Made by a program: the position numbers and the translations under genes
Part shown: positions 36,932 through 48,965 of the stretch, in pieces
Layout: each line of letters starts with the position of its first letter
Position numbering within the stretch: position 1 is the stretch's first letter
NCBI GenBank assembly: GCA_040954595.2
Contig: CM082576.2
Location: forward strand, 186,001 to 250,000
DNA: 64,000 nt
DNA from: Balanoglossus misakiensis
Taxonomy: Eukaryota; Animalia; Hemichordata
Direction: 5' to 3'
The notes under the pieces: generated by a model
Seen by the model: the letters and a program-made list of their open reading frames with translations, nothing else
What the model was told of the DNA's origin: nothing
Databases searched by the model: none

Positions 36932-39900
36932 TTTGGCCGATTTTTGAAGAAATCATGGGTTATAGCTCATGAAAATCGTCAGAAATCGCCGATTTTTCGA
37001 CTTTTCCAAACTTCGAAATTTGGCCGATTTTTGAAGAAATCATGGGTTATAGCTCATGAAAATCGTCAGAAATCGCCGATTTTTCGACTTTTCCAAACTT
37101 CGAAATTTGGCCGATTTTTGAAGAAATCATGGGTTATAGCTCATGAAAATCGTCAGAAATCGCCGATTTTTCGACTTTTCCAAACTTCGAAATTTGGCCG
37201 ATTTTTGAAGAAATCATGGCTTATAGCTCATGAAAATCGTCAGAAATCGCCGATTTTTCGACTTTTCCAAACTTCGAAATTTGGCCGATTTTTGAAGAAA
37301 TCATGGGTTATAGCTCATGAAAATCGTCAGAAATCGCCGATTTTTCGACTTTTCCAAACTTCGAAATTTGGCCGATTTTTGAAGAAATCATGGGTTATAG
37401 CTCATGAAAATCGTCAGAAATCGCCGAGTTTTCGACTTTTCCAAACTTCGAAATTTGGCCGATTTTTGAAGAAATCATGGGTTATAGCTCATGAAAATCG
37501 TCAGAAATCGTCGATTTTTCGACTTTTCCAAACTTCGAAATTTGGCCGATTTTTGAAGAAATCATGGGTTATAGCTCATGAAAATCGTCAGAAATCGCCG
37601 ATTTTTCGACTTTTCCAAACTTCGAAATTTGGCCGATTTTTGAAGAAATCATGGGTTATAGCTCATGAAAATCGTCAGAAATCGCCGATTTTTCGACTTT
37701 TCCAAACTTCGAAATTTGGCCGATTTTTGAAGAAATCATGGCTTATAGCTCATGAAAATCGTCAGAAATCGCCGATTTTTCGACTTTTCCAAACTTCGAA
37801 ATTTGGCCGATTTTTGAAGAAATCATGGGTTATAGCTCATGAAAATCGTCAGAAATCGCCGATTTTTCGACTTTTCCAAACTTCGAAATTTGGCCGATTT
37901 TTGAAGAAATCATGGGTTATAGCTCATGAAAATCGTCAGAAATCGCCGAGTTTTCGACTTTTCCAAACTTCGAAATTTGGCCGATTTTTGAAGAAATCAT
38001 GGGTTATAGCTCATGAAAATCGTCAGAAATCGTCGATTTTTCGACTTTTCCAAACTTCGAAATTTGGCCGATTTTTGAAGAAATCATGGGTTATAGCTCA
38101 TGAAAATCGTCAGAAATCGCCGATTTTTCGACTTTTCCAAACTTCGAAATTTGGCCGATTTTTGAAGAAATCATGGGTTATAGCTCATGAAAATCGTCAG
38201 AAATCGCCGATTTTTCGACTTTTCCAAACTTCGAAATTTGGCCGATTTTTGAAGAAATCATGGGTTATAGCTCATGAAAATCGTCAGAAATCGTCGATTT
38301 TTCGACTTTTCCAAACTTCGAAATTTGGCCGATTTTTGAAGAAATCATGGGTTATAGCTCATGAAAATCGTCAGAAATCGCCGATTTTTCGACTTTTCCA
38401 AACTTCGAAATTTGGCCGATTTTTGAAGAAATCATGGGTTATAGCTCATGAAAATCGTCAGAAATCGCCGATTTTTCGACTTTTCCAAACTTCGAAATTT
38501 GGCCGATTTTTGAAGAAATCATGGGTTATAGCTCATGAAAATCGTCAGAAATCGCCGAGTTTTCGACTTTTCCAAACTTCGAAATTTGGCCGATTTTTGA
38601 AGAAATCATGGGTTATAGCTCATGAAAATCGTCAGAAATCGCCGATTTTTCGACTTTTCCAAACTTCGAAATTTGGCCGATTTGTGAAGAAATCATGGGT
38701 TATAGCTCATGAAAATCGTCAGAAATCGCCGAGTTTTCGACTTTTCCAAACTTCGAAATTTGGCCGATTTTTGAAGAAATCATGGGTTATAGCTCATGAA
38801 AATCGTCAGAAATCGCCGATTTTTCGACTTTTCCAAACTTCGAAATTTGGCCGATTTTTGAAGAAATCATGGGTTATAGCTCATGAAAATCGTCAGAAAT
38901 CGCCGATTTTTCGACTTTTCCAAACTTCGAAATTTGGCCGATTTTTGAAGAAATCATGGGTTATAGCTCATGAAAATCGTCAGAAATCGCCGATTTTTCG
39001 ACTTTTCCAAACTTCGAAATTTGGCCGATTTTTGAAGAAATCATGGGTTATAGCTCATGAAAATCGTCAGAAATCGCCGATTTTTCGACTTTTCCAAACT
39101 TCGAAATTTGGCCGATTTTTGAAGAAATCATGGGTTATAGCTCATGAAAATCGTCAGAAATCGCCGAGTTTTCGACTTTTCCAAACTTCGAAATTTGGCC
39201 GATTTTTGAAGAAATCATGGGTTATACCTCATGAAAATCGTCAGAAATCGCCGATTTTTCTACTTTTCCAAACTTCGAAATTTGGCCGATTTTTGAAGAA
39301 ATCATGGGTTATAGCTCATGAAAATCGTCAGAAATCGCCGATTTTTCGACTTTTCCAAACTTCGAAATTTGGCCGATTTTTGAAGAAATCATGGGTTATA
39401 GCTCATGAAAATCGTCAGAAATCGTCGATTTTTCGACTTTTCCAAACTTCGAAATTTGGCCGATTTTTGAAGAAATCATGGGTTATAGCTCATGAAAATC
39501 GTCAGAAATCGCCGATTTTTCGACTTTTCCAAACTTCGAAATTTGGCCGATTTTTGAAGAAATCATGGGTTATAGCTCATGAAAATCGTCAGAAATCGCC
39601 GATTTTTCGACTTTTCCAAACTTCGAAATTTGGCCGATTTTTGAAGAAATCATGGGTTATACCTCATGAAAATCGTCAGAAATCGCCGATTTTTCGACTT
39701 TTCCAAACTTCGAAATTTGGCCGATTTTTGAAGAAATCATGGGTTATAGCTCATGAAAATCGTCAGAAATCGCCGATTTTTCGACTTTTCCAAACTTCGA
39801 AATTTGGCCGATTTTTGAAGAAATCATGGGTTATAGCTCATGAAAATCGTCAGAAATCGTCGATTTTTCGACTTTTCCAAACTTCGAAATTTGGCCGATT

Positions 39901-42900
39901 TTTGAAGAAATCATGGGTTATAGCTCATGAAAATCGTCAGAAATCGCCGATTTTTCGACTTTTCCAAACTTCGAAATTTGGCCGATTTTTGAAGAAATCA
40001 TGGGTTATAGCTCATGAAAATCGTCAGAAATCGCCGATTTTTCGACTTTTCCAAACTTCGAAATTTGGCCGATTTTTGAAGAAATCATGGGTTATAGCTC
40101 ATGAAAATCGTCAGAAATCGCCGAGTTTTCGACTTTTCCAAACTTCGAAATTTGGCCGATTTTTGAAGAAATCATGGGTTATAGCTCATGAAAATCGTCA
40201 GAAATCGCCGATTTTTCGACTTTTCCAAACTTCGAAATTTGGCCGATTTGTGAAGAAATCATGGGTTATAGCTCATGAAAATCGTCAGAAATCGCCGAGT
40301 TTTCGACTTTTCCAAACTTCGAAATTTGGCCGATTTTTGAAGAAATCATGGGTTATAGCTCATGAAAATCGTCAGAAATCGCCGATTTTTCGACTTTTCC
40401 AAACTTCGAAATTTGGCCGATTTTTGAAGAAATCATGGGTTATAGCTCATGAAAATCGTCAGAAATCGCCGATTTTTCGACTTTTCCAAACTTCGAAATT
40501 TGGCCGATTTTTGAAGAAATCATGGGTTATAGCTCATGAAAATCGTCAGAAATCGCCGATTTTTCGACTTTTCCAAACTTCGAAATTTGGCCGATTTTTG
40601 AAGAAATCATGGGTTATAGCTCATGAAAATCGTCAGAAATCGCCGATTTTTCGACTTTTCCAAACTTCGAAATTTGGCCGATTTTTGAAGAAATCATGGG
40701 TTATAGCTCATGAAAATCGTCAGAAATCGCCGATTTTTCGACTTTTCCAAACTTCGAAATTTGGCCGATTTTTGAAGAAATCATGGGTTATACCTCATGA
40801 AAATCGTCAGAAATCGCCGATTTTTCTACTTTTCCAAACTTCGAAATTTGGCCGATTTTTGAAGAAATCATGGGTTATAGCTCATGAAAATCGTCAGAAA
40901 TCGCCGAGTTTTCGACTTTTCCAAACTTCGAAATTTGGCCGATTTTTGAAGAAATCATGGGTTATAGCTCATGAAAATCGTCAGAAATCGCCGATTTTTC
41001 GACTTTTCCAAACTTCGAAATTTGGCCGATTTTTGAAGAAATCATGGGTTATAGCTCATGAAAATCGTCAGAAATCGCCGATTTTTCGACTTTTCCAAAC
41101 TTCGAAATTTGGCCGATTTGTGAAGAAATCATGGGTTATAGCTCATGAAAATCGTCAGAAATCGCCGATTTTTCGACTTTTCCAAACTTCGAAATTTGGC
41201 CGATTTTTGAAGAAATCATGGGTTATACCTCATGAAAATCGTCAGAAATCGCCGATTTTTCGACTTTTCCAAACTTCGAAATTTGGCCGATTTTTGAAGA
41301 AATCATGGGTTATAGCTCATGAAAATCGTCAGAAATCGCCGATTTTTCGACTTTTCCAAACTTCGAAATTTGGCCGATTTTTGAAGAAATCATGGGTTAT
41401 AGCTCATGAAAATCGTCAGAAATCGCCGATTTTTCGACTTTTCCAAACTTCGAAATTTGGCCGATTTGTGAAGAAATCATGGGTTATAGCTCATGAAAAT
41501 CGTCAGAAATCGCCGATTTTTCGACTTTTCCAAACTTCGAAATTTGGCCGATTTTTGAAGAAATCATGGGTTATAGCTCATGAAAATCGTCAGAAATCGC
41601 CGATTTTTCGACTTTTCCAAACTTCGAAATTTGGCCGATTTGTGAAGAAATCATGGGTTATAGCTCATGAAAATCGTCAGAAATCGCCGATTTTTCGACT
41701 TTTCCAAACTTCGAAATTTGGCCGATTTTTGAAGAAATCATGGGTTATAGCTCATGAAAATCGTCAGAAATCGTCGATTTTTCGACTTTTCCAAACTTCG
41801 AAATTTGGCCGATTTTTGAAGAAATCATGGGTTATAGCTCATGAAAATCTTCGAAATCGCCGATTTTTCGACTTTTCCAAACTTCGAAATTTGGCCGATT
41901 TTTGAAGAAATCATGGGTTATAGCTCATGAAAATCGTCAGAAATCGCCGATTTTTCGACTTTTCCAAACTTCGAAATTTGGCCGATTTTTGAAGAAATCA
42001 TGGGTTATAGCTCATGAAAATCGTCAGAAATCGCCGATTTTTCGACTTTTCCAAACTTCGAAATTTGGCCGATTTTTGAAGAAATCATGGGTTATAGCTC
42101 ATGAAAATCGTCAGAAATCGCCGATTTTTCGACTTTTCCAAACTTCGAAATTTGGCCGATTTTTGAAGAAATCATGGGTTATAGCTCATGAAAATCGTCA
42201 GAAATCGCCGATTTTTCGACTTTTCCAAACTTCGAAATTTGGCCGATTTTTGAAGAAATCATGGGTTATAGCTCATGAAAATCGTCAGAAATCGCCGATT
42301 TTTCGACTTTTCCAAACTTCGAAATTTGGCCGATTTTTGAAGAAATCATGGGTTATAGCTCATGAAAATCGTCAGAAATCGCCGAGTTTTCGACTTTTCC
42401 AAACTTCGAAATTTGGCCGATTTTTGAAGAAATCATGGGTTATAGCTCATGAAAATCGTCAGAAATCGCCGAGTTTTCGACTTTTCCAAACTTCGAAATT
42501 TGGCCGATTTTTGAAGAAATCATGGGTTATAGCTCATGAAAATCGTCAGAAATCGCCGAGTTTTCGACTTTTCCAAACTTCGAAATTTGGCCGATTTTTG
42601 AAGAAATCATGGGTTATAGCTCATGAAAATCGTCAGAAATCGCCGATTTTTCGACTTTTCCAAACTTCGAAATTTGGCCGATTTTTGAAGAAATCATGGG
42701 TTATAGCTCATGAAAATCGTCAGAAATCGCCGATTTTTCGACTTTTCCAAACTTCGAAATTTGGCCGATTTTTGAAGAAATCATGGGTTATAGCTCATGA
42801 AAATCGTCAGAAATCGCCGATTTTTCGACTTTTCCAAACTTCGAAATTTGGCCGATTTTTGAAGAAATCATGGGTTATAGCTCATGAAAATCGTCAGAAA

Positions 42901-45900
42901 TCGCCGATTTTTCGACTTTTCCAAACTTCGAAATTTGGCCGATTTTTGAAGAAATCATGGGTTATAGCTCATGAAAATCGTCAGAAATCGCCGATTTTTC
43001 GACTTTTCCAAACTTCGAAATTTGGCCGATTTTTGAAGAAATCATGGGTTATAGCTCATGAAAATCGTCAGAAATCGCCGATTTTTCGACTTTTCCAAAC
43101 TTCGAAATTTGGCCGATTTGTGAAGAAATCATGGGTTATAGCTCATGAAAATCGTCAGAAATCGCCGAGTTTTCGACTTTTCCAAACTTCGAAATTTGGC
43201 CGATTTGTGAAGAAATCATGGGTTATAGCTCATGAAAATCGTCAGAAATCGCCGATTTTTCGACTTTTCCAAACTTCGAAATTTGGCCGATTTTTGAAGA
43301 AATCATGGGTTATAGCTCATGAAAATCGTCAGAAATCGCCGATTTTTCGACTTTTCCAAACTTCGAAATTTGGCCGATTTGTGAAGAAATCATGGGTTAT
43401 AGCTCATGAAAATCGTCAGAAATCGCCGATTTTTCGACTTTTCCAAACTTCGAAATTTGGCCGATTTGTGAAGAAATCATGGGTTATAGCTCATGAAAAT
43501 CGTCAGAAATCGCCGATTTTTCGACTTTTCCAAACTTCGAAATTTGGCCGATTTTTGAAGAAATCATGGGTTATAGCTCATGAAAATCGTCAGAAATCGC
43601 CGATTTTTCGACTTTTCCAAACTTCGAAATTTGGCCGATTTTTGAAGAAATCATGGGTTATAGCTCATGAAAATCGTCAGAAATCGCCGATTTTTCGACT
43701 TTTCCAAACTTCGAAATTTGGCCGATTTTTGAAGAAATCATGGGTTATAGCTCATGAAAATCGTCAGAAATCGCCGATTTTTCGACTTTTCCAAACTTCG
43801 AAATTTGGCCGATTTGTGAAGAAATCATGGGTTATAGCTCATGAAAATCGTCAGAAATCGCCGATTTTTCGACTTTTCCAAACTTCGAAATTTGGCCGAT
43901 TTGTGAAGAAATCATGGGTTATAGCTCATGAAAATCGTCAGAAATCGCCGATTTTTCGACTTTTCCAAACTTCGAAATTTGGCCGATTTTTGAAGAAATC
44001 ATGGGTTATAGCTCATGAAAATCGTCAGAAATCGCCGATTTTTCGACTTTTCCAAACTTCGAAATTTGGCCGATTTTTGAAGAAATCATGGGTTATAGCT
44101 CATGAAAATCGTCAGAAATCGCCGATTTTTCGACTTTTCCAAACTTCGAAATTTGGCCGATTTTTGAAGAAATCATGGGTTATAGCTCATGAAAATCGTC
44201 AGAAATCGCCGATTTTTCGACTTTTCCAAACTTCGAAATTTGGCCGATTTTTGAAGAAATCATGGGTTATAGCTCATGAAAATCGTCAGAAATCGCCGAT
44301 TTTTCGACTTTTCCAAACTTCGAAATTTGGCCGATTTTTGAAGAAATCATGGGTTATAGCTCATGAAAATCGTCAGAAATCGCCGATTTTTCGACTTTTC
44401 CAAACTTCGAAATTTGGCCGATTTGTGAAGAAATCATGGGTTATAGCTCATGAAAATCGTCAGAAATCGCCGATTTTTCGACTTTTCCAAACTTCGAAAT
44501 TTGGCCGATTTTTGAAGAAATCATGGGTTATAGCTCATGAAAATCGTCAGAAATCGCCGATTTTTCGACTTTTCCAAACTTCGAAATTTGGCCGATTTTT
44601 GAAGAAATCATGGGTTATAGCTCATGAAAATCGTCAGAAATCGCCGATTTTTCGACTTTTCCAAACTTCGAAATTTGGCCGATTTGTGAAGAAATCATGG
44701 GTTATAGCTCATGAAAATCGTCAGAAATCGCCGATTTTTCGACTTTTCCAAACTTCGAAATTTGGCCGATTTTTGAAGAAATCATGGGTTATAGCTCATG
44801 AAAATCGTCAGAAATCGTCGATTTTTCGACTTTTCCAAACTTCGAAATTTGGCCGATTTTTGAAGAAATCATGGGTTATAGCTCATGAAAATCGTCAGAA
44901 ATCGCCGATTTTTCGACTTTTCCAAACTTCGAAATTTGGCCGATTTTTGAAGAAATAATGGGTTATAGCTCATGAAAATCGTCAGAAATCGCCGATTTTT
45001 CGACTTTTCCAAACTTCGAAATTTGGCCGATTTTTGAAGAAATCATGGGTTATAGCTCATGAAAATCGTCAGAAATCGCCGATTTTTCGACTTTTCCAAA
45101 CTTCGAAATTTGGCCGATTTGTGAAGAAATCATGGGTTATAGCTCATGAAAATCGTCAGAAATCGCCGATTTTTCGACTTTTCCAAACTTCGAAATTTGG
45201 CCGATTTTTGAAGAAATCATGGGTTATAGCTCATGAAAATCGTCAGAAATCGCCGATTTTTCGACTTTTCCAAACTTCGAAATTTGGCCGATTTTTGAAG
45301 AAATCATGGGTTATAGCTCATGAAAATCGTCAGAAATCGCCGATTTTTCGACTTTTCCAAACTTCGAAATTTGGCCGATTTTTGAAGAAATCATGGGTTA
45401 TAGCTCATGAAAATCGTCAGAAATCGCCGATTTTTCGACTTTTCCAAACTTCGAAATTTGGCCGATTTTTGAAGAAATCATGGGTTATAGCTCATGAAAA
45501 TCGTCAGAAATCGCCGATTTTTCGACTTTTCCAAACTTCGAAATTTGGCCGATTTTTGAAGAAATCATGGGTTATAGCTCATGAAAATCGTCAGAAATCG
45601 TCGATTTTTCGACTTTTCCAAACTTCGAAATTTGGCCGATTTTTGAAGAAATCATGGGTTATAGCTCATGAAAATCGTCAGAAATCGCCGATTTTTCGAC
45701 TTTTCCAAACTTCGAAATTTGGCCGATTTTTGAAGAAATCATGGGTTATAGCTCATGAAAATCGTCAGAAATCGCCGATTTTTCGACTTTTCCAAACTTC
45801 GAAATTTGGCCGATTTTTGAAGAAATCATGGGTTATAGCTCATGAAAATCGTCAGAAATCGCCGATTTTTCGACTTTTCCAAACTTCGAAATTTGGCCGA

Positions 45901-45936
45901 TTTTTGAAGAAATCATGGGTTATAGCTCATGAAAAT
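36930..45936 (-). repeat. Satellite array B: 87-bp monomer, ~103 near-identical copies, inverted relative to array A
   Basis: Plus-strand unit ATCATGGGTTATAGCTCATGAAAATCGTCAGAAATCGCCGATTTTTCGACTTTTCCAAACTTCGAAATTTGGCCGATTTTTGAAGAA. Roughly 85% identical (by eye) to the reverse complement of A. Confidence 0.98.
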
Positions 45937-47411
45937 TATCCGAAAATGACGATTTTTCGACTTTGCAAAAATTTCAAAATTTCTTCGATTTTTAATAAAA
46001 ATCATAGGTTATAGCTCATGAAAATCATCCGAAAATGACGATTTTTCGACTTTGCGAAATTTCGAAATTTCTCCGATTTTTGATAAAAATCATGGGTTAT
46101 AGCTCATGAAAATCATCCGAAACTGACGATATTTCGACTTTGCGAAATTTCGAAATTTCTCCGATTTTTGATAAAAATCATGGGTTATAGCTCATGAAAA
46201 TCATCCGAAAATGACGATTTTTCGACTTTGCGAAATTTCGAAATTTCTTCGATTTTTCATAAAAATCATGGGTTATAGCTCATGAAAATCAACCGAAAAT
46301 GACGATTTTTCGACTTTGCGAAATTTCAAAATATCTTCGATTTTTGATTAAAATCATGGGTTATAGGTCATGAAAATCAACCGAAAATGACGATTTTTCG
46401 ACTTTGCGAAATTTCAAAATATCTTCGATTTTTGATAAAAATCATGGGTTATAGCTCATGAAAATCAACCGAAAATGACGATTTTTCGAATTTGCGAAAT
46501 TTCAAAATTTCTTCGATTTTTGATAAAAATCATGGGTTATAGCTCATGAAAATCATCCGAAAATGACGATTTTTCAAGTTTGCGAAATTTCGAAATTTCT
46601 TCGATTTTTGATAAGAATCATGGGTTATAGCTCATGAAAATCATCCGAAAATGACGATTTTTCGACTTTGCGAAATTTCGAAGTTTCTCCGATTTTTGAT
46701 AAAAATCATGGGTTATAGCTCATGAAAATCATCCGAAACTGACGATATTTCGACTTTGCAAAATTTCAAAATATCTTCGATTTTTGATAAAAATCATGGG
46801 TTATAGCTCATGAAAATCATCCGAAAATGACGATTTTTCGACTTTGCGAAATTTCGAAGTTTCTCCGATTTTTGATAAAAATCATGGGTTATAGCTCATG
46901 AAAATCATTCGAAAATGACGATTTTTCGATTTGCGAAATTTCGAAATTTCTTCGATTTTTGATAAAAATCATGGGTTATAGCTCATGAAAATCATCCGAA
47001 AATGACGATTTTTCGAGTTTGCAAAATTTCTTAAATTTTTCATAAAAATCATGGGTTATAGCTCATGAAAATCATCCGAAAATGACGATTTTTCGAATTT
47101 GCGAAATTTCGAAATTTCTTCGATTTTTGATTAAAATCATGGGTTATAGCTCATGAAAATCATCCGAAAATGACGATTTTTCGACTTTGCGAAATTTCAA
47201 AATTACTTCGATTTTTGATAAAAATCATGGGTTATAGCTCATGAAAATCATCCGAAAATGATGATTTTTCGACTTTGCGAAATTTCGAAATTTCTTCGAT
47301 TTTTGATAAAAATCATGGGTTATAGCTCATGAAAATCATCCGAAAATGACGATTTTTCGACTTTGCGAAATTTCGAAATTTCTTCGATTTTTCATAAAAA
47401 TCATGGGTTAT
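45912..47411 (-). repeat. Satellite array A': 88-bp A-type monomer in inverted orientation, ~17 copies
   Basis: Reverse complement of the A consensus (..GAAAATCATCCGAAAATGACGATTTTTCGACTTTGCGAAATTTCGAAATTTCTTCGATTTTTGATAAAAATCATGGGTTATAGCTCAT..). Joined in register to B within their shared core at 45912-45936. Confidence 0.97.
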
Positions 47412-47741
47412 GCCAAAATCATCAAAATTTACAAAGTCAAGAATTTGTCATTTTTTGAGCGTGTATGAGCTATAATCCACGCATATGACATGAGAATGCC
47501 AAAATCACCAAAATTCACAAAGTCAAGAATTTGTCATTTTTTGAGCGTGTATGAACTATAATCCACGCATATGACATGAGAATGCCAAAATCACCAAAAT
47601 TCGCAAAGTCAAGAATTTGTCATTTTTTGAGCGTGTATGAGCTATAATCCATGCATATGACATGAGAATGCCAAAATCATCAAAATTCACAAAGTCAAGA
47701 ATTTGTCATTTTTTGAGCGTGTATGAGCTATAATCCATGCA
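47410..47741 (+). repeat. 86-bp tandem repeat, right flank (~3.9 copies), same orientation as the left flank
   Basis: Near-identical to the 27068-27264 unit (ATGCCAAAATCA(C/T)CAAAATTCACAAAGTCAAGAATTTGTCATTTTTTGAGCGTGTATGAGCTATAATCCA..). Confidence 0.94.
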
Positions 47742-48846
47742 ATAAAGATCCATCGAAAACGCCACATCGCCTAAAAGATTTCTTCCGTCACGTCAACACA
47801 AGAATTGTTGCCATATTACACTGACTTAAATACCGTTCAATCTAAGTTGCGGATGCCAGCCGATTTTTATACTAGCTAAGGACTATTGATCAAGGAAAAA
47901 TTTCCGAGTTCTTGGTAAGCGCTAGCATTTCCCAAGTCAGTACTCGAAAAGAGTCGTTTGCACTTCAAAAACGTGAACCTGGCTTTTCCCATGAAATGCT
48001 TATTACTGCTAGATGCACCTTTTGTTAAATGTTGAATTCGGCAGAACCAATCGAACTTTTCGAATTTTACATTTCATCTCGCCAAAAGCTGAAATGATAT
48101 GCAATTATTGGCAAAAAGACCACTGTGCTCCCATGTGGCGAGGATAAATTGAAAACAAATTTCCAATATGACAACGCCAGGCAAAAATCTCCAGGAAAAG
48201 AGGACAATTGCCGTCGTTATCGATCGAAATTATCGGAAGAAACTATACCATTGTGTTCCTCCTCTAAATATATAATGCCACACCCACACCATTCATAATT
48301 CCTAAAAGCGCAAAATCGATACGTCGCTACATAGCAAGTTGCATGGATCGAACGACGTTGAGGTGCACATGTACTGTCCAGCCTGGGTAGCTGCACCACA
48401 CAAAAGCTCCAAGACGAGATACTGCGGCGATGCAAGATTAGAATAGAGAATGCAGGTGTTTTGTGCAGATGGCAGTGTATGCGTGTACAGAACGAGTAAA
48501 CGCGTCCGAGGCAGAAGACAGCCTGATTGGGATTGGGACTAGCAAAATAGAAAATAAGAAGTCGATGTGTTTTAATGGATTTGTGTTTGCTCTGAAACGA
48601 ATAGCTACATTTTATTGTTGATATTTAGAGTTGGAAACCATGGCTGTCGACAATCCAAACGTTCCACGTCTCTTCGCGCGGAAATCAATGGCAAACAGAG
48701 TTAATTCTAGTTCGATGTCAACAATGTCGGAATATATTATTTTCAATGTATGTAACCCGGCTAAAAATGCAACATATTAGAGAGAAACAACGAAGTACTG
48801 AAATGGATTAAATTTACGGGAATGCACTAATGGAGACGCTAAGTGC

Positions 48847-48965
48847 GTAACCATGGCAACCGTCGTTTAACGCAATAGACGGAGATGAGGTCGTTCTGAC
48901 GATTAAGGCAGGCGGAAGGAAGGGCGTGTCACGTGACTTCGCGTCTGGTCAGTTACCATGGAAAC
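48847..48965. promoter_or_regulatory. Promoter-like cluster: two RFX X-boxes flanking ETS, GC-box and palindromic E-box motifs
   Basis: GTAACCATGGCAAC 48847-48860; GGCGGAAG 48911-48918; GGGCGTG 48922; GTCACGTGAC 48928-48937; GTTACCATGGAAAC 48952-48965. Confidence 0.6.

Noticed and set aside
36944-46014. 1653-, 1018- and 326-aa ORFs as real proteins
   Set aside because: They are translations of the 87-bp satellite: TTG starts, no in-frame ATG, non-synonymous variants, an internal frameshift and stop, and the sister 88-bp monomer is not a multiple of 3.
27261-47411. CRISPR array
   Set aside because: Monomers are contiguous with no unique spacers, there are no cas genes, and the context is eukaryotic.
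27261-47411. piggyBac element (CCC...GGG ends)
   Set aside because: The flanks read ATGA|CCC and GGG|TTAT, not a duplicated TTAA, and there is no transposase.
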